A stretch of DNA of 64,000 nucleotides from a virus (lineage: Duplodnaviria; Caudoviricetes), in the IMG/VR virus record IMGVR_UViG_3300028797_000161, positions 5,384 through 69,383 of that record; one strand, written 5' to 3'. Position 1 is the stretch's first letter, and the number at the start of each line of letters is the position of its first letter. A model generated the notes under the pieces. The model did no database searches. It was given only the letters and a program-made list of their open reading frames with translations, and was not told the origin of the DNA. Positions 46,740 through 56,311 of the stretch are shown in pieces. The position numbers and the translations under genes are program-made.

Positions 46740-49700
46740 ATGGTCGATTTTATGATGGTCTCAGAGCGGTTGATCAAAAAGGGTGGACTTGAAATGTGGG
46801 AAGTCTACCCTAAATTCAAGATCAAAAACCCAAGCGAGGACCTAATGATAAAAGGTAAAGACTTTTATGCCGTTTGGGATGAGAGAAAAGGAATGTGGTC
46901 AACAAGCGAGCAGGATGTAATTGAGATCGTCGACGGGGAACTTGATCGTTATCGCAAGGAAAACCAAGCAAAATACGATCCCCGGCCAGTTCGGGTTCTG
47001 CATATGTGGGATTCTGATACTGGCAGTATTGACCGATGGCATAAATACTGTGAGAAACAGATGCGTGATTCATTTCATATGCTAGACGAGAAACTGGTGT
47101 TTAGTAATATGGAAGCGAAGAAATCTGATTTCTCCAGTAAAAGACTTCCCTACCCGCTTGAAGCCGGATCTACGGAAGCCTGGGATCGCCTCATTGGACA
47201 GTTGTATGGCGAAAAAGAAAAGCACAAGATTGAATGGTGCATCGGAAGTATTGTAACCGGAGCAAGTAAGAAACTCCAGAAATTTATGGTACTATACGGT
47301 GAACCAGGAAGCGGTAAATCTACATTATTGGATATTATTGAAAAGCTTTTCGCAGGATACACGGACAGTGTGGATAGTAAGGCTCTAGGATCGGCAACGA
47401 ACGCATTCGCTCTGGAAAGCTTCAAGAACAATCCTTTGGTAGCAATCCAGCACGAAGGGGATCTCAGCCGAATCGAAGATAACACAAGGCTGAATTCACT
47501 TGTCAGCCATGACAAAATGACTGTGAATGAAAAGTTTAAAGGTATTTATACTAATAAGTTCAAGTCATTTTTGATTTTATCCAGCAATAAGCCGGTTAAG
47601 ATCACGGACGCAAAGAGCGGTCTTCTCCGACGTTTGATAGATGTGAGTCCGACCGGAAATCTGATCAAACCGAAGTCCGAATATAACCGGCTAAATAAGC
47701 AAATCGAGTTCGAATTGGGAGCGATTGCTTATAAATGTAAAGAAGTTTATGAAGCAGATCCTGATTATTATGACGGATATGTTCCGGTAACAATGCTTGG
47801 AGCAACAAACGACTTCTATAACTTCATCATGGATAAATGTTGGTATCGCTTTACCAAAGAAGATGGTATCTCTTTGAAGTCTGCGTGGGCTCTCTACAAT
47901 GAGTATGTAGAAGAAACACGTATGCCATATCCGCTTAGTCAGCGTGCGTTTAAAGAAGAGTTGAAGAATTACTTCACGAACTTTGACGAACGCATTACGG
48001 TCGATGGGGTGCGAACGTGGAATTGGTATAGCGGATTCAAGAAAGGTAAATTCGAAGCAAAGGTGGAGGATCAAAAAGAAACTCACATTGCAGGGGTTCC
48101 AGATTGGCTTAACATGACCGATCATAAGACAAGTGTCTTGGATAAATTCTTGAAAGATCAGCCTGCGCAATATCCGACCGAAAGCGGACGCTTAGAACGG
48201 AAATGGATAAATTGCAAGACACATCTCAAGGATATCGACGTTCATCGGTTACATCATGTAAAGGTTCCGGAACAACTAATTGTGATCGACTTTGATATTT
48301 CAGTTAACGGCGAAAAGAATCTAGAGAAAAATCTGGAGGCGGCATCGAAATGGCCGCCCACGTACGCTGAACTGAGTAGAAGCGGAAAGGCAATCCACTT
48401 ACATTACATCTATACTGGTGACGTAAAGAAACTGAGTTGTGTCTATGATGATCAAATAGAAGTCAAGACGCTTCTCGGGGATGAGTCGCTTCGTAGATGC
48501 TTGACCAAATGTAATGACCTTCCGATCGCTGAGATATCATCTGGTCTTCCACTGAAAGAGGTGAAGAAAACGGTTGATATTCAACAGGTACAAAGCGAAA
48601 AAGGTTTGCGAATGTTGATCGAGCGCAATCTGCATAAGGAAATTCATAATGGAACCAAGCCAAGCATGGATTTCATACAGAAAATCCTTGATGACGCATA
48701 TAAGAGTGGGCTTAGCTATAATGTCAACGATATGCGTAATGCGATAACTTCATTCGCGGCCAAAAGTAGCCATCAGGCAGAATATTGTCTGAAATTAGCA
48801 AACAAACTGCATTATTGCAGTAAGGATCAGGAAGAACAAATTCCTCTGGAACCCGAACCTCAGGCTATAGCGAACGATGATGAAGCTCCATTGGTGTCTT
48901 TTGATATCGAAGTTTTCCCAAATTATTTCTGTATCAACTGGAAAGTTCTTGAAGATTATACACCAAAGGATTTTGAGGGCAAGAACTTTGAGGAAAAATG
49001 GGAAAAGTATATCGAACGACTGAAAGTGGATCATAAACCAGTAGTTCGGATGATCAATCCCACGCCGGCACAGGTTGAGGAATTCCTTCGTGGTAAGCGA
49101 CTCATAGGTTATAACTGTAGACGATATGATAATCATATTCTGTATGCCAGAATGATGGGCTACAGTAATATGCAATTGTATCTCGCGAGCCAGCGAATCA
49201 TTGATAAAGGCGATCGAAATGCTTTTTTCGGTGAAGCATATAATCTCAGTTATACTGATGTTTATGACTTTGCCAGTTCGGGCAACAAGATGAGTTTGAA
49301 GAAGCTTGAGATTATCATGCACTTCTTCCATCAAGAACTCGGCCTCGCTTGGAATAAGCCGGTACCAGAGGAACTGTGGCTAAAGGTTGCAGAATATTGT
49401 GATAACGACGTTCTGGCTACCGAAGCGGCATTCAGGTTCCTGGAACCCGACTGGACAGCAAGGCAAATTCTGGCAGACATCGCAGGGATGAGCGTAAATG
49501 ATACGACTAACAGTCTGACAACGCGAATCATCTTTGATAATGTACGTAAGCCACAAGCTGAATTCCAGTATCGTGATCTCAGTCAACCTGTTAAGGAATT
49601 GAGAGAAGATGTTCTTAATTTCCTGATGGATGCTTGTCCGGAGATGATGAGTCATCTTCACGGTGAAGAAGAGTCTTTACTCCCCTATTTCCCTAGATAT

Positions 49701-51026
49701 TGCCATGAGAATGGTATAAGCACTTATCAAGGCGAGGAAGTAGGAGAAGGCGGGTATGTCTATGCCGAGCTTGGGTTGCATCTACTTGTAGCATTGCTGG
49801 ATATTGCCAGTATGCATCCTCATAGTATCATAGCCGAATGTTTGTTTGGTCCGCGATTCACGAGACGATTCAAGGAAATTGTCGACGGACGTGTTGATAT
49901 TAAACACGAGGCATGGGAGGAAGTTAACAACATTCTGGATGGCAAGCTAACCCCGTATATCCAGCGTGTTAAGAACGGTGAAATGACGTCCAAAGATCTT
50001 GCGAACGCTCTTAAGACGGCTATCAACAGCGTTTATGGATTGACATCTGCAGCATTCGAGAATGCATTCAGAGATCCGCGTAACAAAGATAATATCGTTG
50101 CAAAACGTGGCGCTTTGTTTATGGTCAATCTTAAGAAAGCAGTCCAGGAGAAAGGCTTCACCGTTGCTCACATTAAGACCGACAGCATTAAGATCCCGAA
50201 TGCAACTCCGGAAATCATAAAATTCGTCATGGATTATGGCAAGTCCTATGGATATACATTTGAACATGAGGCTACATACGAAAAGATGTGCCTCGTGAAC
50301 AACGCGGTATATATTGCCAAATATGCCACTGCAGAGAAATGTGAGGAATTGTATGGCAAGAACATGGTCCCCGGAGACAATAAGAAGAAGGGCGGGCAAT
50401 GGACCGCAACTGGCAAACAGTTTGCGGTACCGTATGTATTCAAGACGCTCTTTGAAAGGAAGCCGATCTTGTTTGAGGATATGTGTGAAACCTTCCAGGT
50501 TACAGGATCGCTTTATCTGGATTTCAATGAGTCGCTCCCGGACGTCTCAGCAAAAGAGAAAGAACTAACCAAGACCCTCAAAGCTCAAGGATACGACTAT
50601 GAGGAATGGCTGGATATTCGACGTGAATGGGAACTTGCTTTGAAGAGCGGTGACCCGGATGCTTTCAAGAGATTTAATAGTGATGTTATGGGATTCACTA
50701 AAGATCTCATGAGACTAGATGACGAGATCCAAAAAGGTCACGACTATCATTTCGTAGGACGTGTTGGTTTATTCACTCCTGTGAAGAAGGGCTGTGGCGG
50801 AGGTCTCCTTATGCGGGAGAGCGGAGGCAAATACAGCTCTGCCACCGGTGCAAAAGATTATCGGTGGTGTGAAAGCGATAGCATCGGAGCAACAAGAGCA
50901 ATCCCCGGTAAAGGAACTCGTGTGTTGACTATCGATGATATTGATAGAACATACTATAACAAACTTGTTGATGACGCCAAGGACGCGATATCGCAGTACT
51001 GTGACGTCGAATGGTTCGTATCCTAA
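46740..51026 (+). CDS. Multifunctional replicase: SF3 helicase + primase-polymerase (AEP-like) + 3'-5' exonuclease + family B DNA polymerase
   Basis: Walker A GEPGSGKS (res 187); VIDFD (D517) and HLH (H553); FDIE (D722); DIASMHPHS (D1021); KTAINSVYG (K1092); IKTDS (D1148). Confidence 0.88.
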   Translation: MVDFMMVSERLIKKGGLEMWEVYPKFKIKNPSEDLMIKGKDFYAVWDERKGMWSTSEQDVIEIVDGELDRYRKENQAKYDPRPVRVLHMWDSDTGSIDRWHKYCEKQMRDSFHMLDEKLVFSNMEAKKSDFSSKRLPYPLEAGSTEAWDRLIGQLYGEKEKHKIEWCIGSIVTGASKKLQKFMVLYGEPGSGKSTLLDIIEKLFAGYTDSVDSKALGSATNAFALESFKNNPLVAIQHEGDLSRIEDNTRLNSLVSHDKMTVNEKFKGIYTNKFKSFLILSSNKPVKITDAKSGLLRRLIDVSPTGNLIKPKSEYNRLNKQIEFELGAIAYKCKEVYEADPDYYDGYVPVTMLGATNDFYNFIMDKCWYRFTKEDGISLKSAWALYNEYVEETRMPYPLSQRAFKEELKNYFTNFDERITVDGVRTWNWYSGFKKGKFEAKVEDQKETHIAGVPDWLNMTDHKTSVLDKFLKDQPAQYPTESGRLERKWINCKTHLKDIDVHRLHHVKVPEQLIVIDFDISVNGEKNLEKNLEAASKWPPTYAELSRSGKAIHLHYIYTGDVKKLSCVYDDQIEVKTLLGDESLRRCLTKCNDLPIAEISSGLPLKEVKKTVDIQQVQSEKGLRMLIERNLHKEIHNGTKPSMDFIQKILDDAYKSGLSYNVNDMRNAITSFAAKSSHQAEYCLKLANKLHYCSKDQEEQIPLEPEPQAIANDDEAPLVSFDIEVFPNYFCINWKVLEDYTPKDFEGKNFEEKWEKYIERLKVDHKPVVRMINPTPAQVEEFLRGKRLIGYNCRRYDNHILYARMMGYSNMQLYLASQRIIDKGDRNAFFGEAYNLSYTDVYDFASSGNKMSLKKLEIIMHFFHQELGLAWNKPVPEELWLKVAEYCDNDVLATEAAFRFLEPDWTARQILADIAGMSVNDTTNSLTTRIIFDNVRKPQAEFQYRDLSQPVKELREDVLNFLMDACPEMMSHLHGEEESLLPYFPRYCHENGISTYQGEEVGEGGYVYAELGLHLLVALLDIASMHPHSIIAECLFGPRFTRRFKEIVDGRVDIKHEAWEEVNNILDGKLTPYIQRVKNGEMTSKDLANALKTAINSVYGLTSAAFENAFRDPRNKDNIVAKRGALFMVNLKKAVQEKGFTVAHIKTDSIKIPNATPEIIKFVMDYGKSYGYTFEHEATYEKMCLVNNAVYIAKYATAEKCEELYGKNMVPGDNKKKGGQWTATGKQFAVPYVFKTLFERKPILFEDMCETFQVTGSLYLDFNESLPDVSAKEKELTKTLKAQGYDYEEWLDIRREWELALKSGDPDAFKRFNSDVMGFTKDLMRLDDEIQKGHDYHFVGRVGLFTPVKKGCGGGLLMRESGGKYSSATGAKDYRWCESDSIGATRAIPGKGTRVLTIDDIDRTYYNKLVDDAKDAISQYCDVEWFVS

Positions 51027-51057
51027 AATAATAAGAATAAAAAGGAGAAAAATAATT

Positions 51058-51603
51058 ATGTTTAATCAGGAACAGTTTAACTTTGACGACACTCGCTTCA
51101 TTTTCACGACCAATTTCTCTGGGGACCCCAAGCGTGATAACTTCGGTGATACCCGCCGTAAGGTCAATCTGATCATCCCGAATGAACAGATGGCTAAGAA
51201 CCTGACCAAGGCGGGCATTAATGTTCGTCAGACCAAACCCGGCAAGTACGATACACCTGAAGAGTTTGTTCCGGAATTCTATACTACGGTTCTGATTCAG
51301 TTCCGTAAGCGGGATGGACAGCCCGTGAAGTATCCCCCGAATGTGTATCTGATCCCCGAACCCGGTGCAGAGAAAGTAAAGATGACCGAGGACACCATCG
51401 GCAATCTGGATTTCATTCGTGTGAGAAATGTCAACTGCATCGCCACTGTTCGGGAATACCCGAAAGCTGATGGCACCATGGGTCATAATCTGCAGACGCG
51501 GGTTATGTACGTGGAACAGGATATGGAACAGGATCCGTATGCGGCTCGGTATGCGAGACAGGATGAGCTCGATCCCGAATCGATGCCGGACGATACTCTG
51601 TAA
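51058..51603 (+). CDS. Putative single-stranded DNA-binding protein
   Basis: Directly after the polymerase; beta-rich; acidic C-terminal tail; highly biased codons. Terminator AGGCGGTGGCT/GGTCACCGCCT follows. Confidence 0.6.
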   Translation: MFNQEQFNFDDTRFIFTTNFSGDPKRDNFGDTRRKVNLIIPNEQMAKNLTKAGINVRQTKPGKYDTPEEFVPEFYTTVLIQFRKRDGQPVKYPPNVYLIPEPGAEKVKMTEDTIGNLDFIRVRNVNCIATVREYPKADGTMGHNLQTRVMYVEQDMEQDPYAARYARQDELDPESMPDDTL

Positions 51604-51681
51604 TTGATAAACAGGCGGTGGCTGGGGTGTGGTCACCGCCTTTCTGTACCGATTCATATTTTAAAGAAAGGAAATAAAACA

Positions 51682-52551
51682 ATGAAGATTGTTGATGCTG
51701 GTTTTGAATTTCCCTTTGGCCGAGTAATGGCCGGTTCTGTTTATAGAAAGTTGGAGATGGTTGGTCGTGTTTGTTATCAGTCAGATGCGATCGAATATAC
51801 CATTCGTCCTTCTAATGAAGAGAAATCCGATGAAAACGGCAGTGTTTATATGGAGGAAGTATATGACCTATATGCTAACGATACAAAAATTGCGACCTTC
51901 GAGAGTCTGGATGCTGTTGCTGAAGCAAAGATGAAAGCTGAATTCCTGAATGCAGAGAAATTTGTTCGTAAGCTGATCGCAAGCGGACATGAAGGCATTC
52001 TGGAACATGTCAGTTTGACTGTGAAATTCCGCGTCGACCGTGGTGTCAGTCACGAACTGGTTCGTCATCGGCTTGCCAGTTTCGCACAGGAAAGTACCCG
52101 GTACTGTAATTATTCCAAAGGAAAGTTTGGTAATGAGATTACAGTAATCAAGCCCGTGTTCTTCAAGGACATTGATAATGATGCATTTGAAGATCTTCAG
52201 CATGGAGGATTTACAATTAATCTCGACAATCCGGATCCGCGACTGCAGAAATTAGACCAAGCAGCTTCCTGGTATGATAATTGTCTTGCTGCCGAAAGGG
52301 CATATCTGTCAATGCTGAATGATGGTGCTACGCCTCAGGAGGCCCGTTCAGTTCTTCCCAACAGTCTGAAAACCGAAGTTATAATGACTGCCAATCTCCG
52401 TGAATGGAGACATTTCCTGAAACTTCGCGCGGCTGGAATTACTGGCAAACCCCATCCTCAGATGCTGGAAGTTGCAATTCCGCTGCTGATGGAACTCCGT
52501 GAGCGTCTGCCTGCTGTGTTCGATGATATTGAACCTATGAAGGTTGACTAA
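51682..52551 (+). CDS. thyX: Flavin-dependent thymidylate synthase
   Basis: GHEGILEH, VSHELVRHRLASFAQESTRY (RHRx7SxR), EARSVLP, NLREWRHFLKLR. Confidence 0.95.
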   Translation: MKIVDAGFEFPFGRVMAGSVYRKLEMVGRVCYQSDAIEYTIRPSNEEKSDENGSVYMEEVYDLYANDTKIATFESLDAVAEAKMKAEFLNAEKFVRKLIASGHEGILEHVSLTVKFRVDRGVSHELVRHRLASFAQESTRYCNYSKGKFGNEITVIKPVFFKDIDNDAFEDLQHGGFTINLDNPDPRLQKLDQAASWYDNCLAAERAYLSMLNDGATPQEARSVLPNSLKTEVIMTANLREWRHFLKLRAAGITGKPHPQMLEVAIPLLMELRERLPAVFDDIEPMKVD

Positions 52552-52566
52552 AATTGATGATATGTT

Positions 52567-52590
52567 CCATTTTTACAAACCTTCTTATGG
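52567..52590 (+). promoter_or_regulatory. Phage promoter-like motif, copy 10
   Basis: CCATT-TTTACA-AACCTTCT-TATGG. Confidence 0.75.
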
Positions 52591-52620
52591 AAGAATTTCT
52601 AATAAAAAGGAGGTTTTGGT

Positions 52621-52884
52621 ATGAGTATCTTTTGGGCAATCGTACTTTATCTGGTAATCGGCACTTTGCTGACTTTATGGCTTCATGATTCAAGAATAGA
52701 TGCGGAATTCAGCACATTGGAAAATGTGTTGGGATACATATTCGTTATCTTGACGTGGCCAATGTTAACCTTGTGGCCGGTGATCAAAGGTATATATATC
52801 GGAATAAAGTACATATTAAACCCTAAGAAAGCTGACCGAATCAAGGAGATTCTTGACGATTGGGGTGCCGAAGATAAGGCATAG
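52621..52884 (+). CDS. Membrane protein (2 TM, WP motif)
   Basis: RBS AGGAGG; ILTWPMLTLWP; similar in type to 29927-30241. Confidence 0.72.
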   Translation: MSIFWAIVLYLVIGTLLTLWLHDSRIDAEFSTLENVLGYIFVILTWPMLTLWPVIKGIYIGIKYILNPKKADRIKEILDDWGAEDKA

Positions 52885-52927
52885 AAAGAGGATTAGCCGT
52901 GAAAACGGCCTCCTCTTTTCGTTTTTT

Positions 52928-52951
52928 TTTTTTTTACATACTCCTTTATGG
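52928..52951 (+). promoter_or_regulatory. Phage promoter-like motif, copy 11
   Basis: TTTTT-TTTACA-TACTCCTT-TATGG (same N8 as copy 6), after a GAAA-tetraloop terminator at 52888-52915. Confidence 0.72.
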
Positions 52952-52964
52952 GAGGTGATGTCTG

Positions 52965-53243
52965 ATGACACAAAACGAAAAAGCGATCGACATCCTGTTT
53001 AACATGGCAAAACATCTGGTCTTTGAAAATGATAAAGTTCCAGCTGTAACCAAAGATTGTCGGATTAATTCGATTCTGATGAGGAATATGGTTCGGATTG
53101 GAGATATCGATCTCGAAAATGACCAAGATGTAAATAGTCTACAAGCCATTATACAGTGTGGTCGAATGGATCAGCTTATCGAAACTCAACTCTTTCGCAA
53201 GATTCATCTGAAGGCATCTAAATTGTTAAGTCCCTATGGATAG
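52965..53243 (+). CDS. Hypothetical protein
   Basis: RBS GGAGGTGA. Confidence 0.68.
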   Translation: MTQNEKAIDILFNMAKHLVFENDKVPAVTKDCRINSILMRNMVRIGDIDLENDQDVNSLQAIIQCGRMDQLIETQLFRKIHLKASKLLSPYG

Positions 53244-53260
53244 ATTCTGTATGGACTATT

Positions 53261-53284
53261 CGTTTTTTACAAATCCTTGTATGG
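53261..53284 (+). promoter_or_regulatory. Phage promoter-like motif, copy 12
   Basis: CGTTT-TTTACA-AATCCTTG-TATGG; hairpin GGAT/ATCC and RBS AGAAAGGAG follow. Confidence 0.75.
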
Positions 53285-53313
53285 ATGAATAATCCAGAAA
53301 GGAGTGAACTTCA

Positions 53314-53589
53314 ATGACGTATGAAGAAGTATGGATCAATATGTCCAAAAGGGAACGTGTTGCCTGCGCGGTGATGAGTTTGATGAGGGTCAATGAAACA
53401 GGATTCTGGTCGACGTGTATACTGAATAAATGGCTCAGTAAATTCGCCAGCCTTATCCTCGGAAAGAATGTATTTGACTGGGAACTCGACATTGCCAGTA
53501 AACTGGAAGATTGGCAGGACGTTACCAGAAAAGACGAAAGAGACGAATTGATCAACGAGATGCTGTTATTGAAAGAACTGCTTGCATAA
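53314..53589 (+). CDS. Hypothetical protein
   Basis: Complete promoter-RBS-ORF-terminator unit. Confidence 0.7.
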   Translation: MTYEEVWINMSKRERVACAVMSLMRVNETGFWSTCILNKWLSKFASLILGKNVFDWELDIASKLEDWQDVTRKDERDELINEMLLLKELLA

Positions 53590-53657
53590 GAACTTAAGTC
53601 CCTATGGATAAATTCTGTAGGGGCTTTTGTTTTTCTTTCGAAAAGGAGACGAACTTT

Positions 53658-54017
53658 ATGCATGACCAAAAAACAAAAAAGAAAATGCTTGAGAACTTCC
53701 TTTTAGATCTGGAATCGGAACCGATTTTTGGCATTCGGATTGAGTTTTGTGACAAAAGCAGACCTATTGAAATGTTCAATCTGAATTTGATATCCGCGAC
53801 AAAGGTACTTCAGGAATGGAGTGAAAAGTGGATTCTGGTTCCGGATAAGCATAGCAAACTCAATGATGCTGTATGGAAATGGAATGCCCGTCCACGTAAT
53901 GTCGAGGTCAAAAATATGACTATCGATAAAACTAAAATCGAGACATACGCGGACATTCTGGATCCCAATTACATTCCTGAGACGACGCGAGAGGATGATG
54001 TAGATGAATGTCATTGA
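53658..54017 (+). CDS. Hypothetical protein
   Basis: RBS AAAGGAG. Confidence 0.65.
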   Translation: MHDQKTKKKMLENFLLDLESEPIFGIRIEFCDKSRPIEMFNLNLISATKVLQEWSEKWILVPDKHSKLNDAVWKWNARPRNVEVKNMTIDKTKIETYADILDPNYIPETTREDDVDECH

Positions 54018-54225
54018 TATGCGTTTACAACTGATGAAACGGTATCCCAGCGGTAAAATTCGGGGTACACCGATTGCCGATATGCCAGATGATCGGGTCA
54101 TAGCGATTTATCGCAGTTTGATAGATCGTAAGGACCCGCTAATCGGAAAGAATACCGTTCCCAAGAAACTGCGGATCAATCCGCCAATAAAATGGGAGCA
54201 ATTGAAAATGGAGCTTGATGTCTGA
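54004..54225 (+). CDS. Small hypothetical protein upstream of the helicase
   Basis: RBS GAGGA; MPDDRVIAIY. Confidence 0.62.
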   Translation: MNVIDMRLQLMKRYPSGKIRGTPIADMPDDRVIAIYRSLIDRKDPLIGKNTVPKKLRINPPIKWEQLKMELDV

Positions 54226-55442
54226 TGCTTAAGTTACGGAATAATCAGTTAGAAGCACTTCGTCTACTGAAGAATGGATCAGTGCTCTATGCAGGCATGG
54301 GAACGGGAAAGAGCCTTACAGCCGTCGCTTATTATTATCTGCTGAATGGCGGGCAAAAAGATTTCCTGTATGGCGGCGATTACGTACGAATGCCGGGTAA
54401 ACCATTGGACCTGTATATAATCACGACCGCACGTAAACGAGATACATTTGAATGGGAAAAAGAGTTAGCTCCTTTCCTTCTCTCCACAGAAAACAATGGC
54501 TATGATAACAAAGTAGTCGTGGATAGTTGGAATAATATCGCTAAATATACGGACGTTAAGAATTCGTTCTTTATATTTGACGAGCAACGGGTTGTTGGAA
54601 AAGGTGTCTGGGTGAAAAGCTTTCTAAAGATTGTGAAAAGCAACCAATGGATACTTCTTACTGCAACTCCCGGCGACAACTGGGGCGATTATATTCCTTT
54701 GTTCATTGCAAATGGCTTCTATAGAAATAGAAGTGAATTTAGTCGCGAGCATGAAGTTTATGCTCGTTTTCTCAATTATCCTAAAGTAGAGAAGTACGTC
54801 AACACGAAAAAACTGGAGTATTACCGTAACCAAATTCTGGTAGAGATGTCACATTCATTGATAACAGTTCAGCATCATGAGACTATTCCTGTTAAATTCG
54901 ATGGCCAAAAATATAAGGACACTTACAAGTATCGATTCAACTGGTGGAAAGAACGGCCGATCGAAAACGCTGCTGAACTTTGTTATTGTCTGCGCAAAAT
55001 TGTTAATTCCGATCCTTCCCGTGCGGCTGCCTTACTGGAGTTGGCAGAGAGCAATCCCAAGATGATTGTGTTCTATAACTTCGATTACGAACGCGACATC
55101 TTATTAAGTTTACAATACCCACCGGGAACCGCTGTTGCTGAATGGAACGGGCACAAGCATGAACCCATACCCGTCCATAGCGACCGATGGATATATTTAG
55201 TTCAATATACTGCTGGGGCGGAGGGTTGGAACTGTATCGACACTAACGTTATGGTGTTTTATTCACAAAACTATGGATATAAGACCATGAAACAGGCATC
55301 CGGTCGCATTGATCGTATGACATCTCCGTATGTGAATCTCTACTATTATCATCTCAAGAGTTCAAGCGCTATTGATATTGCTATTTCCCGTGCGCTCGAA
55401 AACAAGAAAAAATTTAATGAAAGGAAGTTCGTAAAATGGTAG
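54225..55442 (+). CDS. Superfamily 2 (SNF2-like) helicase
   Basis: GMGTGKS; FIFDEQR; LLTATPG; GAEGWN; QASGRIDR. Confidence 0.9.
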   Translation: MLKLRNNQLEALRLLKNGSVLYAGMGTGKSLTAVAYYYLLNGGQKDFLYGGDYVRMPGKPLDLYIITTARKRDTFEWEKELAPFLLSTENNGYDNKVVVDSWNNIAKYTDVKNSFFIFDEQRVVGKGVWVKSFLKIVKSNQWILLTATPGDNWGDYIPLFIANGFYRNRSEFSREHEVYARFLNYPKVEKYVNTKKLEYYRNQILVEMSHSLITVQHHETIPVKFDGQKYKDTYKYRFNWWKERPIENAAELCYCLRKIVNSDPSRAAALLELAESNPKMIVFYNFDYERDILLSLQYPPGTAVAEWNGHKHEPIPVHSDRWIYLVQYTAGAEGWNCIDTNVMVFYSQNYGYKTMKQASGRIDRMTSPYVNLYYYHLKSSSAIDIAISRALENKKKFNERKFVKW

Positions 55443-55807
55443 GCAAACAAGACGATTGGAAAGATGGAGCGGATAAGGGTCTCATTCAATTCCACAGTAA
55501 AAAGAGCATATGTGATCGGGTCGAGAAGATCTTCGCTAAAAAGGCAAACTTTGATGAGAGCGGGTTTGCCCTTCTCGATCTGGTCACTGCCGATGTCGCC
55601 CTGGATCTTGGTCACCTGAGCGATGCAGATCGCAAGAATCTCAAGAAACTCGGTTATGAATTCAAGTGGTTTGACCGGGAGATGACGGACGGCATCATTT
55701 ATAGATGGGTCATTGAGGACAACCGGCGTAAGAGCTATGTCCTGAAGTTGTACTTCAATCAGAAACTTATAAAGGAAGGGGTTTTCCCGAATGCAGAAGA
55801 TCAGTAA
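55436..55807 (+). CDS. Hypothetical protein
   Basis: Coupled ORF, 123 aa. Confidence 0.62.
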   Translation: MVGKQDDWKDGADKGLIQFHSKKSICDRVEKIFAKKANFDESGFALLDLVTADVALDLGHLSDADRKNLKKLGYEFKWFDREMTDGIIYRWVIEDNRRKSYVLKLYFNQKLIKEGVFPNAEDQ

Positions 55808-56291
55808 TAAAGGCAAACCCTCTTGGCATTGTAAGAATTGTTGCTGGGTTCTGCTCGTCGATCAGGATGAATTGATAACCCTTATCGATGCCATGAAGAC
55901 CTACGGATTTGACGGCAAAATTGTATCTGCTATCTGGAAGGATCATGACAAAATCGGACCGCGAATGCATGTGACTGTTCAGATCCCCGGTACTAAGCCC
56001 GGAACCTCTCTGCGAGGGTTCAGTTATGGTGATTACGAACGGTGGCAGAAAGTTAAGGCTATGATCTACCGGAAGCGTAAGAACCTCAAAGATCCTTTTG
56101 TATTCCCCACTTGGTGTGCTCCATTGCTGAACTCGGTTATGAAAGCATCTTACGACCATCAAGGCAAGCCTTTAGCAAAGGTTATTTCTGCTCAGCCACT
56201 CAATGGCGGTGTGGTGTTCCGAGCAGAACTTTTAGTATCTGAAAAAGAGTTCCTTCAACAATGCGGGAATCTTGTTGTCGAAAAAGTGTGA
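55791..56291 (+). CDS. Hypothetical protein
   Basis: RBS AAGGAAGGGG; 166 aa. Confidence 0.62.
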   Translation: MQKISNKGKPSWHCKNCCWVLLVDQDELITLIDAMKTYGFDGKIVSAIWKDHDKIGPRMHVTVQIPGTKPGTSLRGFSYGDYERWQKVKAMIYRKRKNLKDPFVFPTWCAPLLNSVMKASYDHQGKPLAKVISAQPLNGGVVFRAELLVSEKEFLQQCGNLVVEKV

Positions 56292-56311
56292 TAAATAAGG
56301 AGGATAAAACA

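Larger units (their letters stand above)
53226..53626 (+). repeat. Duplicated terminator hairpin (53226-53258 and 53594-53626) flanking one gene
   Basis: TTAAGTCCCTATGGATA[G/A]ATTCTGTA[T/G]GG[A/G]CT in both copies. Confidence 0.85.

Noticed and set aside
52922-52935. T14 homopolymer as a phase-variation tract
   Set aside because: It is a terminator U-tract merging with promoter copy 11, and its length may be a sequencing artefact.
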